A DNA stretch of 64,000 nt, taken from Selaginella moellendorffii (lineage: Eukaryota; Plantae; Lycopodiophyta). The stretch lies in the NCBI RefSeq assembly GCF_000143415.4, contig NW_003314297.1, positions 1,093,430 through 1,157,429 on the forward strand, given 5' to 3'. Of this stretch, positions 12,486 through 24,340 are shown piece by piece. The position numbers and the translations under genes were made by a program. The notes under the pieces are model-generated. The model made no database searches. It saw only the letters and a program-made list of their open reading frames with translations, and had not been told where the DNA came from. Position 1 is the first letter of the stretch. Each line of letters starts with the position of its first letter.

Positions 12486-12782
12486 AACCTCCAGTTTCAC
12501 GGGGTAAGGCCAAGTCAAGAATCAGCATCGTAATTGCCTTTGATTTCATCGTTCTGCAGTGCCAAGGGTCTGGAAACAAGAATAAAGACACTGATGACGT
12601 GTTTTCTGTATCGTGCGATGCTGCATGGCATTGCATGAGTTCCAGCAATAAAATATAAATTGTCCAAGACTTGATATAAAATGTCCTCTCTTCTCCAAAT
12701 CCCTCGACTTCCATTCGATTGCTCCAATGATCGGCAAGCAATAAGACTCGATTGGAGCATCAAAACCAGGCCCAGGCACACC

Positions 12783-12920
12783 TAGCGGTGGGAGTGGAGG
12801 TCGGGAGGATCACCAAGGCGATGGCACATCGCTGCTTCAGAGGGATGGATTTCGCTGCGCGCAATGCAATTGGTACGGGTATGACAACAGCTGCCATCGA
12901 GGGTGGCGGCCTCCACTGAA
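12783..12920 (+). pseudogene. Decayed paralogue of the 12288 peptide gene, lacking its 5' end
   Basis: gtgggagtggaggtcgggaggatcaccaaggc...gtatgacaacagctgccatcg aligns by eye to 12351-12440. Confidence 0.65.
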
Positions 12921-13419
12921 GAATTGCCTCGAAGAACCACGGGAACGAATCTCGAATCATGAAAAGGTGAACGAAGATGTTTTGGAGTCTATTCACGTGT
13001 TTGGTGCCCTGAGACTGTCAATGATAAACATGGTGCGTTTTCTGCAAAGTTATATAATATTAAATATATTTTTGTCAATGAAATTGGAAAAGCAACAAGA
13101 TGGAAATATGACGCAGTAGTGGAGACAAATTTGTCCAAGACAAAGTCTAGCAATTACATACCCCAACCACGTATAACCTCTCTCGATCGAAAATGAAATG
13201 AAACACACATTTCTGTTCTAAAGATCGTTAAGATCCAACTATTTATTTGGATTTTTGTTCTTCCCAGTGGCAGTGAAATCTAGCGCGTGGTGATGCATGA
13301 GTTCATATATTATATAAACTGTGAAAAAACTAAAAATGTTGTCTTTACTCGTATGGATTCACAGCTTCACTTCGTGTGTTGTTCTATGTCCCAGCAGTAC
13401 AGAAGAGAAAAGGAATTGA

Positions 13420-13690
13420 CAAACACGGAACCACTTCCTCGACTAACTTTTAAAGGACAAAGAGATGCCGTCCCAAGAGGCGCCACTCAAGCATTGTATG
13501 CTGCCTCGAGCTATAAATACAAGCGGCCTCACAGATCAAATCACTTCTCTCGAATATACTAGAGTTTGTTGAACTCTTTGTTTCATAGGCTTGCTTGGTG
13601 TTGTTTTCGGTTCTCGCCATGTTGCAAAGGTGCTCCCTGCCACCGATGCCCTCGAGGACGGCGCTGGTATGGCGGCTCTGTGATCGATAG
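13420..13690 (+). pseudogene. Second decayed paralogue (promoter plus partial CDS) of the peptide gene
   Basis: Promoter block matches 12141-12267 (aaacacggaacca...ctcgagctataaata...cctcacagatcaaa). Downstream CHRCPRGRRWY; no intact ATG/signal. Confidence 0.65.
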
Positions 13691-13869
13691 TTTCCTCTCA
13701 GGGATTGTTTTGCAAAGTTTGGCTTGTTCTTTGAAAGCGCCTTCAAATAGGAGAGAGCTGAAGAAAAAGTGGCATTGAAAAATCAAAGCTCTATCCAGGA
13801 AAACACCGGTACTTACTCATTCAAGCCTCTAGAACGCGGCAGTCAGTGCTGCCCGGTCCTGCTGGTCGG

Positions 13870-15500
13870 ACAGTTGTCCCCCCGGCTCACCACGGTGGCC
13901 GATCTAGAGCAGCGCGCATTGTCGCTCGACGACGACTACGCGCAACTTCTCACAGCTTGCATCGAATTGCGTCAAGGCGCCACGCGCTCATCCTTGGGAG
14001 CACCCACCACTAATCCAACCTCGCAAATCTTCTCATCCAACTCTATGGAAGGTGCTAGCGCGGATCGAGCATTGGCAGGTGTTTATCAGCATCCACGAGC
14101 CCAACAGATTCTCCTGGAACTTGCTGCTTGGCGCTTATGCCCAAACTGGGTATCTTGAGGAAGAAAAAGAGCCGTTTGATCAGATGCCACAAGGGATGTT
14201 TCTGCATGGATGATTGTTATGACGGCTTGTGAAAACCGTGGAAACTTGGAGGAATGCCAAGCATTGTTTGATCATGTTCCAGAATGGGATGAAGTTTTCT
14301 CGAACTCTCTACTTACAGTATATGCCCATAATGGGCATATGGATCAAGCAAGCCAGGTCTTTGATGGAGTGCTAGAACACAACATAGTTTCTTGGGTTGT
14401 TATGGTTACTGGGTATGCAAGAAAAGTTCTTGTTAAATACGCGCTAAGTGTGTTTTATGAGAATCCCCGAAACCAACGAGCTGGGATGAACTGTTCTTGT
14501 CACTGCATATGCCCAGCTTGAGCATAATGAAAAAGCCAAGGAGCTTTTCAGTAAAATGCCGCACCGCAACTTAATCTCGTGGAACGCAATGCTAGCGGCA
14601 ACGTCCAGCCTGCAAGAAGCAAGGTCTCCGTTTGATGCCATGTCACAGAAGAACGTTGCATCGTGGTCGACAATATCACAGCACTGGCCGAGAGAAACCA
14701 GCTCGAAGAAGCTCGCATTCTCTTCGATCGACATCCCCGACGACGTGGTGTGGACTGACATGATCTTGGCCTACTCCAACCGCGGCCACCTCGAAGAAGC
14801 CATGAAGATGTTTGCACGGATGCCACAGCGCGATCTCGTCGCTTAGACGGCAATGGTGGCGGCAATTGCTTTGCACGGGAGGTTGATGGATGCCATCTTG
14901 TTCGACCAAATGCCACAGCATGATAGCGTCGCGTGAAACACGCTGGGAGCTACATCCAGAGCAATTGCCCTCGTCCAGCGCGGGAGCTCTTCGCGGTCAT
15001 GCTGGTGAGAGACACAGCGAGCTGGATTGCCGCGAGCACTCAAAGGGGGAAGCTCTTGCAGGCCGGGAAGATCTTCTCCACGTTGCCTGATCGGAGCATT
15101 GTGCCGTGGAACGCGATGATCCATGGCTGCGCACAGAATGGCCACGATGAGTTTTTGACAGCATGGCGATGGAGGGCGAGGCGAGAAAAGCTGACTTGTG
15201 GAAGCTCCGAGTGGCACTCAACTACTTTCGATCTATGGTGGCCGCATTTCTCCATGTGATTCACTTCCAGGCAATGGCAGATGTGCCGGGACGAGCCGGG
15301 CTGGTTGCCGAGGCCGAAGGTCTGCTGCTGGTGATGCCCTTCCAGCCGCATTTCCTCGCGTGGAAGAGCTTGATCAGCGCTTGCAAAGTTCATGGCAGCG
15401 GCAAGAACATCGATGCTGCAGCTCGTGCCGCAGAGAAACTCTTGGACTCTGGCGCTCTACGTGCTCATGTCCAATCTGCAAAAGCAGGATTCCAGAGAAA
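13870..15500 (+). pseudogene. Frameshifted PLS-class PPR pseudogene
   Basis: PPR motifs in several short ORFs in different frames (VVWTDMILAYSNRGHLEEAMKMFARMPQRDLV), with E-domain-like AEAEGLLLVMPFQPHFLAWKSLISACKVHG. Confidence 0.85.
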
Positions 15501-17274
15501 TCTTGCCTTCCAACGTTCATGTGTGGCCTTCGAACAGCTCGAACTGGGACAGCACACTGCACCCAAGGAAGAAGAGGGAAAAGTAAGAAACATAAACACA
15601 AAATTTGACCAACCTGATGTGATCTAACTGATGAACAGCAAATTCGTTCAAATGAATTTGCTTGTGCACCAGCGAAGAGGTTTGGGAAGAATTTGGGAAA
15701 TCTAGAGCTGGGGAATAGAGGCATAGTCGAGAATGTGCTCCAATTCTAAATCGAAGGAGGATCTAGTGTGCAATTGGAGTGGCTGCATGATAGAGTGCAG
15801 GTTCAAGCTGTTGTTGAGGATTGATGTATGTGAAATATGGTCCTGCAAGCCATTCCTTAAATGCGAGTCCAACCCAAGAAGTATTAACTATAGGACTTCT
15901 AAGGTTGAGCAGTCCAAGCAACATAACTATGCCACCATCCTTTGTGAAATTCATGATCAAGGTGGATAGAGTCAATGATCATTGCCACATGATTCCTTTA
16001 AGGTGGTAAAGAAAAATTGCATTGTTTCTTTCCATACTTGTACTTTTGTCATACAGAGAATTTCATATAGCATTATGCATCCAGTTTTGAAGTTGTGATG
16101 AAGGAAACTTTCGTTGAGTGCCTCAAGCTGTGATGCCATAAAGGAGAGATGTGGTGACTCTCATAGTAAAATGTTTTCCTTGTATCCCATCTGAAATAGA
16201 CAACATGGACATAGTGCTAAACAGTGAGTAGTAAACTATTTGAGCAGCTGCCTCACACTGTTTCACTGATGTGCGCTTGCAGTGGAGTTGTAGATCAAGG
16301 TACTTCGTAGCTGGTGACTTGGATGATCTCTTCCCCTCTGTAGAGCTGGTGTGGCAGTTCAAGCTGTGTTTTAGCGATGTTGACTGTAATCCCTGTTTCT
16401 TGCAGTAGTCCTGAAGTGTGGTGTGTTGGCACTGCAATTGTGTGCGAACAAGCATTGGTGTAGAGGAGAAGATGTAGGTAGAGTCCTGCTATTTGAATTT
16501 TGAATTGTGGAGAGGGATTGTTGTTCAAAATTGTCTGGAGGGGTCTTGCTTGAACCCAGGATTGTTAATAATAGGAAAAGCATTGAGTTCCACTTGTATG
16601 TGGAGGTAGAATTGGTGTATGGCTACAATCTTAACCAGTGCATGGAGCAGCTCTGACGTTAGATGAGAAATTAGGAGATTGAAAGAAACTTTGGCTTGTG
16701 ATCTATCTTTGGAGTGAACAGGTAGGTATTTATAAAATGGGATGATGACATGTTTTAAGAATTCATTTTGAGTCATTCTTTAAGCCAAACACAGAAAAAG
16801 TCTTCTAAAGACTAAGAGACTTTTTGAAAAATGTTGCTTTGTTAATCTAAGAGACATATTGAAATCCTTATGACCTTAAACATGAATTTGGTGATATTGT
16901 GCTTGTGTACTTGAATAGGTATTGTTCCTACTTGCATGCAGCTTATCATCGGAATATGTTCAAGGTTTTGAAATCTAAAGCTAGGATTTTTACATTTTAA
17001 GATATTTAGATAATTAATGCTGGTCTTCCATGGACTGTTTGGTGAATCCGCGTATGAAGTTTCTAGTAGTCATTTACTCTTACATTTTCTTGTGCGTTCC
17101 AGAAAAGCACAGCTTCTATTCGTGGCAATTTCCGTGACAACAAGTCAGTCGTCATCTTCTAGAGACAAGCTATTGAAATTCGAGGACCACGTCACATAAA
17201 GAGACGAGTTCTTCTGGAGCCGCAAGAACACTCATCCCACTTCTCTTTGTTCAATCCTTGGTCAGGAGAGAGTG

Positions 17275-18251
17275 ATGAAAATTCTCGCGATAGCTTGCTG
17301 CTTCGTCGCGATCGCCATTCTTGGTGCTGCTGCCAGAGGAACGGATTACTATGTGGGCGATTGGACAAATGGCGTGAATTTCACGCAGTGGTCTCAAGGC
17401 AGAGTCTTCCACGCCGGTGATTTACTGAGTAAGTAAAAATTTCTACACCTATCTTCGGTGTGTTCTTGACTTAAACAACAAAATCTCTCGCAGTTTTCAC
17501 AGTGTCCACGAGTGATACCATCCTCAGGGTGTCACAATCTGTCTATAATAACTGCGAGTGGGATTTGCGCTTCCCCAAGATTTTCCCGGCTCCTTGGAAG
17601 ACGACGTGGAACGAGACGGTGGTGCCATGGGTGGGAGAAAACTATTACGTTTCATCGGTCCAGGACAATTGCAAGGCCGGGAAGAAGTTTATGTTGAGCG
17701 TCCAATCTCCGCCGGTTTACACTCCGAGAGAGTACACGGTTGGAGATGATCGAGGATGGGCTCCGGGTGTGAATTACTCGCAGTGGACTGCCAACAAAAA
17801 CTTCTACTTCGGAGACTCTTTCAGTAAGTTCTCTAGATTTTTTCTCTCCATTTCTGGGAATGATCTTGGGATTTTTCCAGGGTTTTTGTTCAATGCCTCG
17901 GAGCACTCAGTGGTGGAAGTGTGGGAGCCCGGCTACCAGCTTTGCAACGAGTCCTACTTCTTGCCGGTGCTCGGACTCCCCACGCGGCAAGATGATGGAA
18001 GAACTTTGTTCAAGGTGGTACCGCCTCAGGGAATGCATTACTACACGAGCGGCAATGGGAACGATTGCCAGTCGGGGCTCAAGATGGCGCTGGAGATCAA
18101 GCCGCAGGACGAGGCATTCGCTCCATCTCCATCGCCGTCGGGTGGAGTTGCTGGGCAAGAAAGTTCCGCTGGTTATAGAACGATAAGTTTCCCGCTCTCG
18201 CTTGGATCTGGAGCAGCGATCGTGGCGCTCTCACTGCTCGCCATGGCTTGA
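17275..18251 (+). CDS. Two-domain phytocyanin / early-nodulin-like protein, predicted GPI-anchored; exons 17275-17428, 17494-17823, 17881-18251
   Basis: Signal peptide MKILAIACCFVAIAILGAAA, 'YYVGDW...WSQGRVFHAGDLL' and 'YTVGDDRGW...FYFGDSF', GT-AG introns of 65 and 57 nt, hydrophobic C-terminus. Most copper ligands appear absent. Confidence 0.88.
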
Positions 18252-18659
18252 TTGTGATTTTTTCTCGGGATTGTTTATAGTATACTTGATTGTTTTTGCT
18301 TTATCTGTTCGTTTCCATTCCAGAAGAGCAAGAGCGTGCTACAACCGGCCCGCGGCACGTACCGCGCTGTGTACGTCACAGTGATTGATGCGTGGCGTAA
18401 CCGCGTTCCAGATAAGCAAAGGAGGTCTCTAGAGTGTTCTTTGCACCTTGTGTGGACACGACATGGCCATGAAATCTCCACGGGCATACAAGCAGCTTCT
18501 GAGCCTTGTTTGCGGGGTGACGGGCGACGAGCGAGAAGTCCCCGGCATGGAAAACTTCCGGCCAAACTCAACACCAAGACTATCCGTCTAGCGGTGTTTA
18601 GCCGAGGACATGCCTGGGTTTTACTTTTCAAAAGTCAGTGTGCCTGGGTCTTGGTGCCG

Positions 18660-18790
18660 GAATAGAACGTCCCGCAAACGATTACAATGGCGACTCGTAC
18701 CCGATCGTGAAGAACTGCAATCACTTCACGAACGACGCGTGCACAGGATTTTCAATTCCGGGTTGGGTGAACAGGCTCGCAATACTACCT
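18660..18790 (+). pseudogene. PPPDE/DeSI-like peptidase fragment
   Basis: DYNGDSYPIVKNCNHFTNDAC-TGFSIPGWVNRLA matches the NCNHF...IPxWVNRLA signature; no intact N-terminus. Confidence 0.7.
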
Positions 18791-19085
18791 TGGTATGTAA
18801 AGAAAAATTCACACTTGCCCAGACAGTACTGTTTTACTACTTCTATCAGATCATAGATATTCTCGTTTTTCTTTCTGCGTTTTTATCTTTTGCTTGGCTT
18901 CAGATTAGTTGTGTATTTTAAGAATCAATAAAAACGAAAAAGGAAGGCAAACAAGCTCAAAGCTGGAAGTTATGGAAGATAGGATTTGAGACGCTGCGTG
19001 TGGCTTGTCCTCTGGAAGGAGTCCCCGTTTTCACGCCCTGCATAAGAGAAAAATCAATAAAACTTTTGGAAAGGAAGATTAATAC

Positions 19086-20321
19086 TTACTCCACCGCCGG
19101 ACAATGGACTGGACAGTGGCAGCACTCCACGTCCTCAACGGCATCCTCGGCAGCGTCTCGCTCGAAGACCAGCTGATAGATCTTCTTCATCTGCTCCAGC
19201 GCAGTGCCACCGTACTGACAGACAAAAGTGGCATAGACCTCAGGCTCTTCGGTGATCCCATGTGGAGCCACTCCTCGGATTGATCGGTGGTCGTAGCCCG
19301 TCCTTGCAAGCGTCGGCACATCAAAACCGATTCCCGATGCCGAAGAGAGAACTGCAATGCGGGTGGGGTCCTGGATGAAGCCGCACCACCACCCAACATC
19401 AGGGACGTCCCCGTTCCAGACCGCATCCGGGAACATGCCTGCTACTTTCACTCTGAATGACTCCACTAGCTTCCTCTTGTACATGGCTTTGAGCGAAAGC
19501 AAGATCGGCGGCATCGAGGGCATCTCCCTTTTCAGTGCAGTGATCTGCTCATTCAGTGAAGTGATCTGCCCCCGCAGCTCCGAGTTCTTGTTTTGCAAAG
19601 CGGTGATCTTCTCCCGCAGCACCGAGTTCTCGTTTTGCAAAGCAGTGATCTTCTCCCGCAGCACCGAGTTCTCGTCTTCCAAAGCAGCGATCTTCGCGTC
19701 CGAAGCAGCGATCTTCACGTTCAAAGCAGTGATCTGGTCCTGGAAGGCAGTGATCAGTGTTGTCACGGAATTGCTACCACTAGACTCAGCTGCCATCTCT
19801 ACCGCTGCCTCCTTCATCTTGCCTTTCTTCTCGTCCTCTGCCTGCGCTGCCTGCGCCGCCACCTCTACCGCTGCCTCCTCCTTCATATTGCCTTTCTTCC
19901 TCTCCTCCGCCTGCGCTGCCGCCTCTTCCACGAGCAACATGCCTGCCTGGGCACTCGCATACTCCTGGGAACGCAGCGCCTGCCGGTACAGTAATCCAGT
20001 GTGATCTTTGCTGTTGGCATTAGGGCAGTACGCAACAAAGCCGCCCTGTTCTATGAACTTACGCACGGCCCAGCCTCCCCTACCATGAGGATGAAGGTTT
20101 CGCTCCACGCCGACCTCTTCCGAGAGGCCAAGGGCGTTGAGCCACTCGTCCACGTCAGCTACAAAACCACTGTCGTTGCATAGATCGTCCATCTTCGACT
20201 CGGCAAGCCTCTGGGGCACCGGCCAGTCCTTGCGAAGCTCGTAGTAGAGGATGGTCAGAGAGACAGGGCTAGCCGGTGGAGCCGCCTTTTTCTTCTGCTT
20301 CTCCTTGGTCTTATGCCCCAT
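19086..20321 (-). CDS. Hypothetical coiled-coil protein, 411 aa, single exon
   Basis: Long ATG-started ORF with 14-aa tandem heptads (ITALQNENSVLREK) and a CCHCPVHC C-terminus; family not recognised. Confidence 0.65.
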   Translation of the reverse strand: MGHKTKEKQKKKAAPPASPVSLTILYYELRKDWPVPQRLAESKMDDLCNDSGFVADVDEWLNALGLSEEVGVERNLHPHGRGGWAVRKFIEQGGFVAYCPNANSKDHTGLLYRQALRSQEYASAQAGMLLVEEAAAQAEERKKGNMKEEAAVEVAAQAAQAEDEKKGKMKEAAVEMAAESSGSNSVTTLITAFQDQITALNVKIAASDAKIAALEDENSVLREKITALQNENSVLREKITALQNKNSELRGQITSLNEQITALKREMPSMPPILLSLKAMYKRKLVESFRVKVAGMFPDAVWNGDVPDVGWWCGFIQDPTRIAVLSSASGIGFDVPTLARTGYDHRSIRGVAPHGITEEPEVYATFVCQYGGTALEQMKKIYQLVFERDAAEDAVEDVECCHCPVHCPAVE

Positions 20322-20509
20322 CGCTCCTCACAACCCTAAAAGCCCCGCCACCCAAAAGTTTGTACAAGTCTCTAAACCTAGAGACCACAAAGCTCGATTT
20401 GTTGAATGGTGTCACCCTACAGCACTGTTACAAAAATGTATGTTGTTTGATTCTTTGTTTCTCTCTTGTACATCTTGTGGAGCTCTCTCTCTGTCTCGCT
20501 CTCTCTCTC

Positions 20510-21505
20510 TCACTTCCAGAGCACCTCGATGGGGATCCCACGGAGCTCCGCCACCTCATGGAAGTGGCGGAGCTGCGACACGGCGTGCAGTGTGGCCCTG
20601 GCGTTGTTGAGCGTGTTGTCGCTCCCCATCTGCTTGCCTAGCGCGTTCTCGATGCCGGCCATCTCCAGGACGACGCGCACCGCGCCGCCCGCGATGATGC
20701 CCGTCCCCGGCGACGCTGGGCGGAGCATCACGTCCGCTGCGTGGTAGTGCCCGTCCACCCTGTGGCGAGAGAGTTAGAACAAAGGAAACCGAGACTCCAA
20801 GGATGACAGGAGTATCAATCACCACACTCTGAGCAAGAACAAGCAGAGTTACCTGTGAGGGAAAGTCTTGTACTTGGTCATCCTCACGGTGACGATGTTC
20901 CTCCTGGCATCCTTGACGGATTTCTGGACAGCCGCGATCACCTCCTTGGCCTTTCCAACTCCAACTCCAACCTTTCCCTTCTTGTCACCCACCACCGATA
21001 CCACCCTGAACTGGAGCTGCTTGCCCCCTTTCACCACCTTGGTCACTCGCCGGACCTGGACCACGGACTCCTCCAATCCATCCTTGGATCCCCCTCGCCG
21101 CCCCCCCATCCCTCCGGGGCCTCCTTCCTCTCCCCGCCGCCTTCTCCCGCCGCCACGCTCCTCCTCCTCCTCCGCCGTGCTCTCGGACGCCTTCTTTCGT
21201 TCCCAGGACGGCCCGTAGAGCGATTCGTAGGCCTCTTTGATCTCCTCCGTGCTCATCCCCACGTCGTCGTTGGGATCGGTCATGGATGGATCCGCGCGGA
21301 GCCGTCCCTTGTATGCGGCGGTCACGAGCAGCGCGGATTGTTTGCTCCTCCTCCCGCTGGCGATGAGAGGATTTGCAATGCCGATGCGCGGCTGCGACTT
21401 GAGGGAGAATGTGGGACGCCTGGCGATGGCGCAGGGCAGGCGTACCTGGGAGGATTCCAGCGCCGTGGCGGCGCCCGAGCTGAGCGAGAGAATCGCCGAC
21501 GCCAT
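20510..21505 (-). CDS. RPS5: Plastid 30S ribosomal protein S5; exons 21505-20853 and 20759-20510
   Basis: Transit peptide, [15 protein letters not shown]...VGVGKAKEV and [23 protein letters not shown]; 93-nt GT-AG intron joins in frame. Confidence 0.95.
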
Positions 21506-21601
21506 TGAGCGATTTCGTTTATCTCTTCTCACGACGCCATAGCCAATCTCGAAATTCTAGCATAAGAGCCCTAATTCTTTCAATCAATCATTACCGAGGG
21601 G

Positions 21602-24162
21602 ATGGAGGCGCACTGCGCTGTGATGGTGCGAATCCGCGGCCCAGTAAGTGATGATCTCGCGCGCGCGCTGGATTTGAGCTGCATTCTCGCTGTTCTTAGG
21701 ATCCAAAGTCGCGGAAGATGCTGCGCCATGCTTTCCACGCATCAGAGTATGGTGTCTCCTTCTTTGATTTCTCCTCACGAGCCCTGTCAGATCGGGCGAG
21801 ACTACTCTCTCGGCATCCGGTTTGCTGCTGCCGATCGCTGGAAAATCCGTGGTGGCGGTGACTTGCGCTTCGATCGTGGAGCCGTATCTATCGCCTAGCG
21901 ATCTTGCGGTAACATTTTGTGATGGCTTTGAAATTGGAGTCACAGCGATCTCTTAGGACCAAGACTCGATCAAACTTGTTCGAGGCGCGACTCTAGAAGT
22001 TCTTCTGCAAGTGATCACTCATTCTTTCTTCTTCGTTGTTTGTTTCCTTCTTATTTCTGAAAGTTTCAGGCTCCTCCTAGCTCAAATGAATTTGGATCCA
22101 GACCACTTTGGCTTCCAGCGCAAATTTTAAAACTGGTAAACAGTAGCAGTTCTTCGCGAAGTCTGTTCTACATGTGTTTGATCCAGGTGCTTGTGAAGCG
22201 GGCATCAGAAGCGGTGAGATCCTTACTCGACGTGCAAGGAGGCGATGAGTTGTGGGAAATGGGCTGGAGTGTGGCAAATCCTCAAGAATCTCGTCCGGAG
22301 AATGCCACAGTGGTAAGTTAAAGTTTGCAATTTATCCTATATCCTAAGCTGCGCTGCGTTCTAGAGCGATTTTTCTCGCAGCAAAGAGGGTGCTGTGCCT
22401 AAGACCACAGCTACGCTAGCAGCAGCTTTTACAAGGATAGCTGTCCTCAGCGTGCAAGCAAATACTACGGTTTGTTTTTCTCTTTTCTTTTCAAGTCTTT
22501 CGTCCTAAAACTTGAAGTACAAATTCTGTGCAGGAACTGGTGCTCTCAAATGTTTGTACCAAAGGCGATTTTGTCCGCGCAATTGGATCACCTTTTGGTG
22601 CGCTATCACCTCTGCATTTTTTTAACAGGTAGAGAGCCATCCCGCAACTGACTGGGTTTTACTGGAATTTGTTTGCCAGCGTTTCGGTTGGCAATGTCTC
22701 CAATTGCTGGCCGTCGTCATCTAGGCTCATTTTAATGGCTGATATCCGTGCTCTTCCTGGTGAGCTCTGATGATATATCGTGTGAGGTCGTTCGATTTTA
22801 ATGCTTCTTTTCGATGATTGCAAACTAAATTCTTGTGTACAGGCATGGAAGGTGGTCCTGTTTTTGATGCTGCTGGTAATCTTGTTGGGATTCTTCTTAG
22901 GCCACTGCGTCAGCGCAGTTCTGGAGTTGAAGTTCAAGTAAGCTGTGTAGAGAAGTTTTATCTTTCTCTCTTATTTCTTTTGAAACAGCTTATCTTACCA
23001 GCCAAGGTTCTAGTGTCAGAACTGGAAGAACTTGGTTTCAACGTCATGTACAACATCTTTGACAACGAGAAGTTGCAAAGTAATAAACACATTCAAATGG
23101 CACTTTCATCAGTAGTTCTTCTAACAACAAGCAACGGAAGCTGGGCATCAGGAACTCTTCTCAACAAGTCGGGCCTTATATTGACAAATGCTCATCTTTT
23201 GGAGCCGTGGAGGTTCAGAAGGTTAACAGTTGATCCGTCGAACCCTTTGCTTCGGGACGATTTTCTAGAGGTGGCCAACGTATCAAATCGTGGCCAGTAT
23301 TCACCCGTTCAAGTACGTCTCGAGCGCCAACAGCGACGTTCTTGGCATTTTGCGACAGTAGTATTTGTCTCGCATGGACCACTGGACGTTGCTCTCTTGC
23401 AACTCACCTCGGTGCCTTACGAGCTCGAACCAATTCCAGTCGACACCACAGAGCCAGTTCCTGGATCAGCAGTAGCTGTGATTGGCCATGGACTTTTTGG
23501 GCCCCGAACAGGCAAGAACCGCTTTTCGTTGGCGTTAACATCCTTCTTGTTAACTTGCAGAGCTAGGACCCTCTATAACAATCGGAGTTATCTCACGAGT
23601 CGTGAATAGCCGCGAGATCGTTTCAAACCCGCAAGAGTGTGAATCAAACACACCTGTGATACTTCAAACGACTGCCGCTGTTCATCCCGGTGGAAGTGGT
23701 GGCGTCGTGGTTAACAGCCAAGGTCGTATGATCGGCTTGGTAACAAGGTACGCTTTTCTTTTCTTCCAGCAGAGAGGAGCTTACACTTCCTTTTACTTGA
23801 CACAGTAACGCAAAACATGGTGGAGTCACAGTGATCCCATACTTAAACTTCAGCATTCCTTCGGCAGCATTACGCCCAGTGCTCCGGTTCGCCGAGTCCG
23901 ATGGTAAGACAGCTATCAAATTCTCCTCGCAGAAGTTTGATCATCTTTGCTTCCAGATTTTTCACTGCTCTCAGAGCTCGACAAGAAAGACACTGGATTG
24001 TCTGCCGTGTGGTCGATGGTGGATCCTCTAAAAACCGCTCCTCGGCCTCCTTTTGATCCCAAGAACCAAGGCAAAGGCTTGCGATTCGCGAAGTTCATCG
24101 CTGACAACGACAAGCACGCGGGGTTCGAATCCCTTCCACCGCAAATCAAGTCGATGCTCTAG
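21602..24162 (+). CDS. DEG15: Peroxisomal/glyoxysomal processing protease (DEG15-like), multi-exon
   Basis: AVMVRIRGP start, GSPFGALSPLHF, GMEGGPV, LTNAHLLEPWRF (His), LDVALL (Asp), AAVHPGGSGG (Ser), C-terminal PTS1-like SML. Confidence 0.9.
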
Positions 24163-24340
24163 GAGGGATATACCGCATCTGGAAATGGAATATCTCTCGT
24201 GGTCTTTCTCCGTTTTTCTTCTTCGCGAGGGAGAATGCGAAGAGCCACGATGTAGCTCCTGGAGAGACTCTGGATTTTCTAGCGACGAGCGCCTCCTTCT
24301 ACGCGATCTCTAGGGTCGCGCCAGGAGGGAGGAAGGAAAA

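Noticed and set aside
15733-16700. Possible decayed F-box/LRR gene
   Set aside because: Only faint Cys/Leu periodicity with many stops; cannot support it.
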